From the NCBI GenBank assembly GCA_016195275.1, contig JACPZZ010000017.1, forward strand, positions 21,581 to 85,580: a DNA stretch of 64,000 bases. The letters are read 5' to 3'. The notes below the pieces were generated by a model that had not been told where the DNA came from, made no database searches, and was given only the letters and a program-made list of their open reading frames with translations. The position numbers and the translations under genes are program-made. Numbering within the stretch: position 1 is the first letter of the stretch; the number at the start of each line of letters is the position of its first letter. This DNA is from Candidatus Aenigmatarchaeota archaeon. Its GTDB lineage: Archaea > Aenigmatarchaeota > Aenigmatarchaeia > JACPZZ01. Below, piece by piece: positions 46,864 to 55,382 of this stretch.

Positions 46864-48534
46864 CTATTCGTCCTCATGCCAGAACTCCAGATCCGGAATA
46901 TGCGAAAGCTCTGCTTCCGTCAGTAGTACTGTAAATAGCGGTCGTCCCCGATATTCTGGAGGTAATTTTCGGGTGAGTTGACCCGATGTAGGCGCCACGG
47001 CTATAACCGACTCTCCACTGATGGCCACATATTGTCTAGGGTAAGTCTTCAATAACCGATCTTTGTCCCTGAGATAAAATCGCCATCCGGTGAGAAAATC
47101 CATCCCACCTTTGTCCTCGGCCAACGAGCGGAGTGCTTCGCGCGGCAACTCTGGAACTCCGTATTCTGTGACTAGCTCTCTATATAATTTCCACCATTCT
47201 GCGGCTCCCACTATGCCACCCTCTTGATCTATATTATGGGATCGCGGACTGATAAATCTATCTGGTATCTCTTTCCCAAACATCGCCTCGTGCTGGTAGG
47301 GAAACGCCATGTATAACCCAGAATCGGGTAATTTGCACGTTGCAAGGAACTGGGTTACGTTAGGCAACACTTCCTGCACCAGTGATGAGACGAGGCCCAG
47401 GTACTCCGGTGATGAGCCTAACCCCTTCCCCTCTACTAGCAGATAAATTACTTTGAGAGTGTTCAACCCGAAGCGTTCTGAGCACACACTCGGCAGTGAG
47501 TCAACTGTGGAGAAATTAGTTACGGCCCCGTCAGAGAGACATGAGTGTAAGAATCTCAGTGGTCCTGCTGAGTCGAGCCACGCGAGATCATCGCCATTTG
47601 GCTTAATTGCCTCCATGCTAAGTAGCGCACGCACTAGCTGAAGAGCATATCTAGTGTGTAACAAATCCGGGATCTGGTCGTCTTTACGGTTCCTCCTGAA
47701 TCCCCCGCTGTTCTTGTCCCAGCAGTATTGGAGTAATCTCGCCACCTTGGGACCCTTAGCCCGCAACTGCGCTAGCAGGTTCCGGTACGAAGGGTTATCT
47801 TTACCCAGCAACTCTCCCAAAATAATGCAGACTCTATACGCCTGTTCAGTCACGGATAGGCAAGGCTCCTCTGCGCCAGTGTCCCGGAACCCGAATGTCA
47901 CCGAATCTTCATAAGTGAAATCCTGGCGGAGCAATGTATCTGCTACGGTCTCTAATGGGAATTCGATATTAGGGAGCACACTAAAGTGCTCACGGGCTTG
48001 ATTGTATGTGCGGATGGCCGAGACACTAGAAAATATGCCGAAAACACCTGGGTTCCGCCACTCCGACAGACTATAAGCCTTCTCGGGTTCGATATATGCC
48101 TTCCGGACAAACTGCCCACACGCAGCCAGGATGGAATGAAAGTCTGAACTCACTATTTGAGGCCGCTGTGCAGAGTTTACGAACAGAAGGCGCAGACCAA
48201 GGTCAATTGCCTGTACAGAAGGGGTATCCCCCTCGTACATCCGAAAAACTTTTCGGTCGGGGTCTATGAATTCTCTGCTTATGCAGCCGGTGTTTTGGGG
48301 AACCGACGGTCCTTCTTCGATTGGCTGGTTGTAGAAGAACCTATCCTCACTTCTTGACCCTTGAAGGAGCTGTGCCAGTTCTTGGGCGTAGTTTTGGGTG
48401 GTTCTAGCGAAGTATAGAGCGTCCAGAGCGGGCGCTACCGCCCACACATAGTAAAGCTCAGCAATCTCCTTGGATGGGGCAGTTGCTCTCCAATACCGTA
48501 TGGTCTCATTGAGGAGTTCTTGATAGAAAGTCAC
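46864..48534 (-). CDS. large hypothetical protein with one prenyltransferase/squalene-oxidase-type repeat match (possible alpha/alpha-toroid domain; assignment weak)
   Basis: 556 aa; DKNSGGFRRNRKDDQIPDLLHTRYALQLVRALL fits the QxxDGGF...D...T..AL repeat of terpenoid cyclase/prenyltransferase barrels; otherwise unassigned. Confidence 0.45.
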   Translation of the reverse strand: MTFYQELLNETIRYWRATAPSKEIAELYYVWAVAPALDALYFARTTQNYAQELAQLLQGSRSEDRFFYNQPIEEGPSVPQNTGCISREFIDPDRKVFRMYEGDTPSVQAIDLGLRLLFVNSAQRPQIVSSDFHSILAACGQFVRKAYIEPEKAYSLSEWRNPGVFGIFSSVSAIRTYNQAREHFSVLPNIEFPLETVADTLLRQDFTYEDSVTFGFRDTGAEEPCLSVTEQAYRVCIILGELLGKDNPSYRNLLAQLRAKGPKVARLLQYCWDKNSGGFRRNRKDDQIPDLLHTRYALQLVRALLSMEAIKPNGDDLAWLDSAGPLRFLHSCLSDGAVTNFSTVDSLPSVCSERFGLNTLKVIYLLVEGKGLGSSPEYLGLVSSLVQEVLPNVTQFLATCKLPDSGLYMAFPYQHEAMFGKEIPDRFISPRSHNIDQEGGIVGAAEWWKLYRELVTEYGVPELPREALRSLAEDKGGMDFLTGWRFYLRDKDRLLKTYPRQYVAISGESVIAVAPTSGQLTRKLPPEYRGRPLFTVLLTEAELSHIPDLEFWHEDE

Positions 48535-49109
48535 GCGTTACACTCCGATGGCTTAGAGTCCTCCCTCGCCCACGCCGCGGTCTATGGACCGCCCTTTAGA
48601 GTAAAGACTAGGCGACCCACAGTCCGGTGAACGAACACAACCTTGAGACAGTAACGTTCGGTGTGGAAAACACCACCACCCTTAACTGATACGCTCAACT
48701 GTCTGCCTCCCGTTGTTCTTCCCAGAGTACCCTAATAAACGAGGGAGAAGCCCTTCTCATGCGGTACATTGCTCTCCCAAAACTATCGCGTCTGGTAGGT
48801 CACTATGGCAACTCACTAAAGTTGCTCCAACAGAAATATCTGGAGCGGATTGGCACTGTCACGATCCTGGCCTGACCGTCACCTCTGTAAAACACGCCAG
48901 GGCCGGAACCTTGCGTCGTGTGACACCTCAGCGCCAGCCCGCGTTCGCCCCCAAGCCCACTATTGTCGTCCAAGTACCCCACCTTAGTATAGTCGACCAG
49001 TATTTCCGTGTCAATACTTTGAATCTCCCCTAATGATACATTGGTGCAATTCTCACGGAACACCAGATGCAACCCCGAGGCAACAATAGTGTTCTAACCT
49101 GCTGGATCA

Positions 49110-50372
49110 TCAACTTGCAAATGCCACAGTGAACATGTCGGATTGGAAACTACGACTTCCAACCCACGCTCGAATGCACACTTTTTGCTCCCCTATGGCA
49201 AGTCTTTTCGGTATCTGGAAGTAAACCGTGTGAGTCTCAACGTCGCTTATCACATAAGTAGGCAAGGCCAATGTGTCCAGCCAGTTTCCCCTAATGAAGA
49301 CCTGTACCCTTTGCAGTTGCGATGGCTGCGATACCCTAAAGGTCACTACCACCGCCAAGTTTATGTCATGGGTGGTCTCACTAAGACCGCCAATGGCTGG
49401 GTTCCCGCCCGAAAGCAGCATATATCTTTGAACTTCGACCTCCAGAGAGCCTTGTTCCCGGTCCGCCAATTCTTCATTGGGCGGCCGAAGAATTTGTCGT
49501 GTTACCCTGCCTCCAGGCAACACTCTAACCTTGTCACCAGTGTCTTCCTGCATTCCATCGGGGAACTTACCTCGCAATGTTAGCTTCGTAAGAAACACCC
49601 GGACGAAAGTCGCTGCTACACCCGCCGCGTAGTGTCTCCATAGAGCCCTCTGTTCAGACGCGCCCAAGCCTGCTCCGTCAGACGTCAAACCGGGCACGTC
49701 AGAAATACCACGTATCATCAGGGCTCCGATCGACTGCTTTGACTGAGTAAGACGTATCGCTGAACCTACGCCAGTACCCTCCATCTCGATCGCGTCGGCT
49801 TCAGGAATCCCCTTCCTCAGATCCTGAACAAGGGGATAGTTAAGGTCGTCGACAGTTGCGTTGATGGAAACTACATATCCACTGTCTACTTTGGGAGTTC
49901 GCTTTTCTTCCGGCTTCGGCCAAGCTATCCCCACGTTATCCACCCATTCCGGACTCATTTTAGCTATGAGCTCCGCGTGTTCTAGCAGAGTTCTGTCAGG
50001 CCTCCAATCTTGGTCAGGCCTTCTCTTGAAGCTCCCGCCAATTATTTTCCCGACCACGCCATACACATTGCTGGCGATTATAACGTCCCCATGACGAAAT
50101 TTACCATCTGGAAAGCCTCCAGCGATACCGACGATGAGCACCCACCTGGGTTCAAACGTTGTGATAACCTGTTGCAATGACGACGCGGCGTTCTCCTGAT
50201 ATTTACCCACCTGCACACAGACTACCTGGAACTTCCCAATTTGGCCTCGCTTGGCGGGGAGGAGTTGATCTATAGGATCGAATGAATGGCCTAGTTGGCT
50301 AGCCATCGCAGCCCATTCCTCAGGCAAAGGGCACGCGAGCAAGAAGTCCACTGAGCTATGATCACTGCTCAT
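49110..50372 (-). CDS. PNP/MTAN-family (PNP_UDP_1) nucleosidase/phosphorylase domain fused to about 180-aa unknown C-terminal domain
   Basis: 420 aa; LIVGIAGGFPDG, AIEMEGTGVG, MIRGISDVPG, the three signature blocks of the MTA/SAH nucleosidase/purine nucleoside phosphorylase fold; C-terminal beta-rich domain without matches. Confidence 0.7.
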   Translation of the reverse strand: MSSDHSSVDFLLACPLPEEWAAMASQLGHSFDPIDQLLPAKRGQIGKFQVVCVQVGKYQENAASSLQQVITTFEPRWVLIVGIAGGFPDGKFRHGDVIIASNVYGVVGKIIGGSFKRRPDQDWRPDRTLLEHAELIAKMSPEWVDNVGIAWPKPEEKRTPKVDSGYVVSINATVDDLNYPLVQDLRKGIPEADAIEMEGTGVGSAIRLTQSKQSIGALMIRGISDVPGLTSDGAGLGASEQRALWRHYAAGVAATFVRVFLTKLTLRGKFPDGMQEDTGDKVRVLPGGRVTRQILRPPNEELADREQGSLEVEVQRYMLLSGGNPAIGGLSETTHDINLAVVVTFRVSQPSQLQRVQVFIRGNWLDTLALPTYVISDVETHTVYFQIPKRLAIGEQKVCIRAWVGSRSFQSDMFTVAFAS

Positions 50373-50701
50373 AGGGACACCTCCTAATGTTCGCTACGCT
50401 ACTGGTGGCCCAATCCTACATGTGGCCTGGCTCCGAGTCAAGAATCCTGGCCTGGAGTGCGTCTCACCATTCGATGACAAAATACCCAACTGGAGCGGCG
50501 TCAGTAGTTACCTCGTGCCCAACTGCATTCACCCTGATGGCGATCTCAGCGGCAAACCGAGAGCCCGATGCAGTTGTGGCTGACCGCACGTGGGGCTAGT
50601 TAGAAAGTCCCCTTCGTCTTCGGATCAGCCATATCTTCCTCTGCCGCATGAAATAGTCGATTGCGGCAATTATACTCTCTCTGGCCTGCGGCTTCATCAC
50701 C

Positions 50702-50920
50702 TCAACCACTACAACCCCCTGCCTCTGCCCAGCCGCAACGCACAAACTGCACGATCCCGCAATGCTCCAACAGCGTCGCATCGTGCGCACTGCTGTAAAC
50801 GAGTCGTATTCCGGCGGCACCGCAGAAACCGCACCACACCCGACCGTCTCCGGTCCTCTTGCACCTCGGCAATACCTGAACCATCGCCCGGCCGTTGATC
50901 GTGACCACGCTGTCGCTCAT
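50702..50920 (-). CDS. small Cys-containing protein (cassette copy 2, gene B)
   Basis: About 72 aa from MSDSVVTINGRAMVQVLPRCKRTGDGRVWCGFC...; paralog of 36341-36577. Confidence 0.45.
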   Translation of the reverse strand: MSDSVVTINGRAMVQVLPRCKRTGDGRVWCGFCGAAGIRLVYSSAHDATLLEHCGIVQFVRCGWAEAGGCSG

Positions 50921-51282
50921 ACGTTGCAGCCACCGCAGGACACACACGTCGTCGGGATCGCTTCTCTTGTGCCGCTTATCTTGGGACACCTGCAATGTTC
51001 GCAGTCGCACAGTTCGTCGGCCGGGCGGCGTCTCCCCGACCATACGAGCGCCCGCTTTGGTATCTCCCAAATCCGACCGCCAAGAGACTTTAGCTCGGAC
51101 TCACGGAAGTAACCCCACTTCTCCTCGAAGCCCTGCACGAACCCGAAGTACAAGACATCGGCGTCTGTCTTCTCAGTGATCTCGGTTGCAAACCAGTACC
51201 AGCCGCCGAAGCTCTCGAAGCCTTTGATGACCTCCTCGCCGTCGATGTACAGCTTTCCATCTTTGTCCTCAAACTTTGGCAT
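50917..51282 (-). CDS. conserved hypothetical protein with C-terminal zinc ribbon (cassette copy 2, gene A)
   Basis: About 121 aa from MPKFEDKDGKLYIDGEEVIKGFESFGGWYWFATE...ADELCDCEHCRCPKISGTREAIPTTCVSCGG; about 80% identical to copy 1. Confidence 0.55.
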   Translation of the reverse strand: MPKFEDKDGKLYIDGEEVIKGFESFGGWYWFATEITEKTDADVLYFGFVQGFEEKWGYFRESELKSLGGRIWEIPKRALVWSGRRRPADELCDCEHCRCPKISGTREAIPTTCVSCGGCNV

Positions 51283-51461
51283 TCCTAACACGCTCCTTAG
51301 GCGACCTTCTTCGAGGCCACCTCTACTTGCGTGCTTACTTCTTGATCGTTGCCCCCTGCGGGGGCCAGGGGCGGAGTGGGGGTATTGGCCTTGATGGTGT
51401 GAACGCACAATATGCCTAGCTCGACGAAGGAGAGCGGCTTATGTGCGTTCAGCACGACGCA

Positions 51462-51498
51462 TGGAAAGGCGACATGGGAAACAGCAGGTTTCCGGTAG
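51462..51498 (+). repeat. island repeat element copy e
   Basis: ggaaaggcgacatgggaaacagcaggtttccggtagc, preceded by gcggcttatgtgcgttcagcac matching the extended 5' part of copies a and b. Confidence 0.5.
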
Positions 51499-51505
51499 CT
51501 CCAAG

Positions 51506-52852
51506 CTATTCAGTTGTCCGACCGCAGGTCGACACTTCGACATCGCTTCTCTTCTCACTGATCCTTTTGGCCGCCATCTGCACGTATTCCGGCTTGAGGT
51601 CCACGCCCCCGAAGTTACGGCCAAGCGCGGCTGCCACAACACCGACTGTTCCAGACCCCATGAACGGGTCGAGCACCAGCGCGGGCGCAATTTCCGAACC
51701 TGAGCATTGGCAGGTAGCCTGCCATCCCAGGGTGCGCGTCGTCCTGAGTCTTCTCACTTCATAAGGCCGGGCAGCACCCCCCAGAAGCGGCACGCCTTTT
51801 CGAGTCATGTTGTTGTTCCCCCGGCCAGCGTCCACATAAGAGACGGAAACTTTTCGGCGCCGGGGAGCGCCACATGAAGAACAGCATCCTGCCTCGCTGC
51901 TGCCAGTCAGGATGCACCGCCTTGCCAGCGCCTCCGGAAACGTTGCGAAATGCGCACCAGGAAAGGGCTGTGTCGGAATGGTCCACACGCTACGAATGTT
52001 CCTGCCCCGACCGTCGTCCGACCACGGTACGCAGCTCGCGATGTGGCGGTTCGTTCTCGACCGCTCCCCAAGTTTGGCAACGAAGCGCCGAACATTCCCG
52101 CTGCTTTTGTCCTTCTCTACGACAGGCTCCCTGGCAGCCTCCTGGTCGAACAGATAGGTCGCGCTTTTGGTCAGCAAGAAAACGTACTCGTGCGCCTTGG
52201 TGGGTCTGTCGCGCACGCTCTCCGGCATGGGATTCGGTTTTGCCCAAATGACATCGGATCGAAGCCACCACCTGTCCGCCTGCAAAGCGAACGCAACACG
52301 CCAGGGCATACCCACAAGGTCCTTCGGCTTGAGGCCGGAACCTTTGCGGTTGTACGGCCTGAGATAGGTATCGCCTTTCTTCCCGTCCCTGAAGTCGCCG
52401 CCAGGAGAACCGCTGCCCGCGTAGCAGTCACCCAGGTTCAGCCAGAACGTCCCGTCGCTTCTGAGAACCCGCCAGACTTCCCTGGCCACCTCGGTGATGT
52501 GCTGGACGTACATCTCCGGTGTATGCTCCAACCCAAGCGATCCTCGCCACGCAGTGCAGAGCGAGCAGAAAGCACTGGGTTGTGGCGCACACGCGGTAGC
52601 ATGGACCTTGCCAGGATCAAATCGGCCTCCACTGTACCAACCGTTCGTATTTCCTCCGCTTCCTAACTTCGTGGACGGAGGCTTACCATTGCCCCATTGA
52701 TGAACGCATCCGGCATCGCCTCCCCAAACGCTCGGCGGCAGACCGTAATCGCGCAACCCCCAATACGGCGGGCTGGTTACCACGCAATGGACGCTTCCAT
52801 CTTTGAGAGGGAGGTGACGAGCGTCACCGACATATAGTTGGCTCCGGAGCAA
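51506..52852 (-). CDS. DNA methyltransferase, N6-adenine/N4-cytosine type (beta class; motif IV before motif I)
   Basis: 448 aa; VVTSPPYWGLRDY (motif IV, SPPY) near the N-terminus and LDPFMGSGTVGVVA (motif I) near the C-terminus; no adjacent restriction endonuclease recognised. Confidence 0.8.
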   Translation of the reverse strand: MLRSQLYVGDARHLPLKDGSVHCVVTSPPYWGLRDYGLPPSVWGGDAGCVHQWGNGKPPSTKLGSGGNTNGWYSGGRFDPGKVHATACAPQPSAFCSLCTAWRGSLGLEHTPEMYVQHITEVAREVWRVLRSDGTFWLNLGDCYAGSGSPGGDFRDGKKGDTYLRPYNRKGSGLKPKDLVGMPWRVAFALQADRWWLRSDVIWAKPNPMPESVRDRPTKAHEYVFLLTKSATYLFDQEAAREPVVEKDKSSGNVRRFVAKLGERSRTNRHIASCVPWSDDGRGRNIRSVWTIPTQPFPGAHFATFPEALARRCILTGSSEAGCCSSCGAPRRRKVSVSYVDAGRGNNNMTRKGVPLLGGAARPYEVRRLRTTRTLGWQATCQCSGSEIAPALVLDPFMGSGTVGVVAAALGRNFGGVDLKPEYVQMAAKRISEKRSDVEVSTCGRTTE

Positions 52853-52895
52853 GGCAATCCCTTAGAGAATCGGCCTGACAGCAGAAAGCCCTTGC

Positions 52896-52937
52896 GGGGA
52901 GGGAAAGCCGAGCACAGAAACTGTGGGTGTCGGCACC
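52896..52937 (+). repeat. island repeat element copy d
   Basis: ggggagggaaagccgagcacagaaactgtgggtgtcggcacc; carries compensatory changes relative to copy b (CGG/CCG to CAG/CTG; TCGGT to TCGGC). Confidence 0.6.
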
Positions 52938-52974
52938 TACTCAATAGCGTTCATCAGGCCAACATTGTACAATC

Positions 52975-53335
52975 GATGACGATGACAATTGCTAAGCAAG
53001 CAACGTGCGGCCCGGTCGAAAGAGACGCCCTCATCGAGTATCTAATGGCTACGCCGGTTCGATGGGCGGCTGATCTCATACGGGGTGGCGCTCAACTATC
53101 AAAGGGAGAAGTCAACTCTCGCGAGTTCCTTGGATCGCTTGAAACTATCTTTGAGAACCTGGGCGGGCGTCACCCCCGAGGCGTGGACGGCAGAAAGCGA
53201 TTTCTGGTTCGAGAGGTCCTTCCTGCCCTCCAGGACCCCCAATGCACGGACAAGGCTTCGTTGGAAAGGCTCTTGCTCTACATGAAGCTCGACGCCGCGA
53301 ATACCCTGGAGATCAAGATAACTATCGTCCAGTAA
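52975..53335 (+). CDS. hypothetical protein
   Basis: About 120 aa from MTMTIAKQATCGP...; start trimmed from 52838 because the upstream part is occupied by repeat copy d. Confidence 0.4.
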
Positions 53336-53718
53336 GGCGGTGAACTCATGATTGTAGACGGGAACAAGCGGGCCGCTGCTTGCTACGAAAGACGCCGGAC
53401 CGCCTCCTTCGGCAGGATCCCAGTGTATGTCATCTCTTTGTGACATAGGGGAGCGTCAAGTGGCTAAGGTCCTCCAGTACGGTTCGAACTGTGATGAACG
53501 GCGCGCCTTAACTCTCCTGACCGGCTAGACGGTGCTGCGACGCCCATTGGAAAGGCGCAGACCGTCGACCAATAACTACATCGCGTGGGGCAAGTCGGTA
53601 ACTTGAAGCATCTGAGCTTGTGCCACAGCAGATTTCGAGTTCCAGTCAGCTAAAAAGTGCTGAATTGTGTATTTCAATCTATGGTTCCTATTCGGTCCTT
53701 AGAACTCTGTGAAGGAGA

Positions 53719-54714
53719 ATGCTTATGGACGCAGCAAGTGCTCTCAAACTCTTTAATGAGAAGGCAAAGAAGTTAGAAGGCCTCAGCTTCACAAAAATGC
53801 TGGCTGAACAGAAAACAGGCGTCACGCTCTCAGGGAAACAAGGGCATCCTTTAACCATAGAGCGCTCCGGCCCCGGCGATGAAGCCATAGATGCTTTCGT
53901 ACTTACACTGAGATTCTTCGTCCAGGACAACGAAAGTATATCACTGAGGAATTTCGCACATCTTTACGCGGGTCTACCTGTTGATCAGGAACTGATTGAC
54001 AACTTCAACGCTGCCAGGGACGCCTTGAACAGCTTTCTCGACAACAAGCCGCTCGTCGTTGTCCTTGATGAGATCGACAAGGCCCAGCCCAAGGACCAGA
54101 GCTCCATCCTCTACACGCTTTCGGAGCTTGAGAACGCAGGAGTCGTTTGCATTTCCAACAGCCGCGCGACCCTTCTGTCTCTTGATGACAGGGTGAAGTC
54201 GCGGCTGAACTCAGTCTTCATCGGCTTCGACCCGTACAACAATGATGAACTTCGACGCATCCTCGAGGCCAGGGCAGGGCACGCGCTCTTTCCTGGCTGT
54301 TTTGTGCCGGAGATTCTTGACCGGATTGCCGGACTTTCTGGTGGCGATGCCCGTGTCGCAATTCAAACGCTGAGACAGGCCGCGCAGCTAGCCGAGGTCC
54401 AGGGCACCCGCACCATCGCTGCTGACCACATCGAGCACGGCGTTGTCACCGTGCGCACCCTGCGGACCCAGTATGCCCTGAACAAGCTGACTGAGCATCA
54501 CCGCATACTGTTCACTATCGTCTCCTCTGCCCGTGAGATCACGAACATCGCGCTGTGGGTAGCCTACATCGAGAAATGCAAGGAGACGAGCAAGACTCCG
54601 ATTGCTGATCGCACGTTTCGGGCCTATCTGAATACCCTGGTCTCGCAGGGCCTCGTGTTGAGGGAGCGCTTGGCCGAGCCTGGCGCTCTGTTCCGTTTCC
54701 GGCCGTGCGCGTGA
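53719..54714 (+). CDS. Orc1/Cdc6-like protein lacking the Walker A P-loop (degenerate paralog)
   Basis: 331 aa; Walker B VVVLDEIDKAQPKDQSSILYTL, sensor ISNSRATLL, GGDARVAIQTL and C-terminal wH all align to Cdc6; no GxxGxGKT, and an in-frame stop lies just upstream of the ATG. Confidence 0.6.
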   Translation: MLMDAASALKLFNEKAKKLEGLSFTKMLAEQKTGVTLSGKQGHPLTIERSGPGDEAIDAFVLTLRFFVQDNESISLRNFAHLYAGLPVDQELIDNFNAARDALNSFLDNKPLVVVLDEIDKAQPKDQSSILYTLSELENAGVVCISNSRATLLSLDDRVKSRLNSVFIGFDPYNNDELRRILEARAGHALFPGCFVPEILDRIAGLSGGDARVAIQTLRQAAQLAEVQGTRTIAADHIEHGVVTVRTLRTQYALNKLTEHHRILFTIVSSAREITNIALWVAYIEKCKETSKTPIADRTFRAYLNTLVSQGLVLRERLAEPGALFRFRPCA

Positions 54715-55016
54715 GTCGGCAAGGTCGCTTGCCAGCGGTTATTAGCCAGCGCGGGCGAATCTCTGCCGTGACAAAAGAATCGTCTCGTTCCGATGATGCG
54801 TCGATCAACTCGCTGGCATTGAGCATCCTCGCTCGGCTGGCAGCTAGGCTACCCTGCCAAGGGTGCGTACCCTTCCCGGTGGTGTTCAGCAGGATATGCC
54901 CTGAGCTTTGTATCAAGAAGTCCGAGGCCTGGGCTGTACTGAAGAGCCTCAGGGCTTCAGGCTCGATAGAAATCGTTCCGTTCCACGGGATCCGCATCAA
55001 AGGTGATCGGGGTTGA
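54705..55016 (+). CDS. small wHTH-like protein
   Basis: 103 aa; C-terminal AWAVLKSLRASGSIEIVPFHGIRIK resembles a winged-helix; overlaps the Cdc6-like gene end. Confidence 0.4.
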   Translation: MRVSRQGRLPAVISQRGRISAVTKESSRSDDASINSLALSILARLAARLPCQGCVPFPVVFSRICPELCIKKSEAWAVLKSLRASGSIEIVPFHGIRIKGDRG

Positions 55017-55294
55017 GGAAAGAGGACCTCGTTAATGAACTGAACGATCTGTTGGAAATGGAACACCCGATCAGCGTGTGGCAGTGTTTGCAGATCAGGA
55101 AATACGAACTCGAGGAGATTGTTTCAAAGGTGAGGCTCCTCCATGACTCCTCGCGCGGGTATTCAAGGAGCGCCGGCATTGACACTCCTGTGGATGACCA
55201 AGCGTATCGGCAGCCCCGTGCCTTAACGCAAGTCCAATACAACGCGGCTCCGACGCCGTACAGGCGTAGACCCAAAGGTGGGGACGGCCTATGA
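55013..55294 (+). CDS. hypothetical protein
   Basis: 93-aa ORF, start overlaps the upstream stop. Confidence 0.3.
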   Translation: MRKEDLVNELNDLLEMEHPISVWQCLQIRKYELEEIVSKVRLLHDSSRGYSRSAGIDTPVDDQAYRQPRALTQVQYNAAPTPYRRRPKGGDGL

Positions 55295-55382
55295 ACGATG
55301 TCGGCGTGAAGAAATTCTCCACGATGAAAGAGCTTCTCGAATACATTGAAACGGAAGCGAAGAGGCGCGCTGCACAGCAAGC

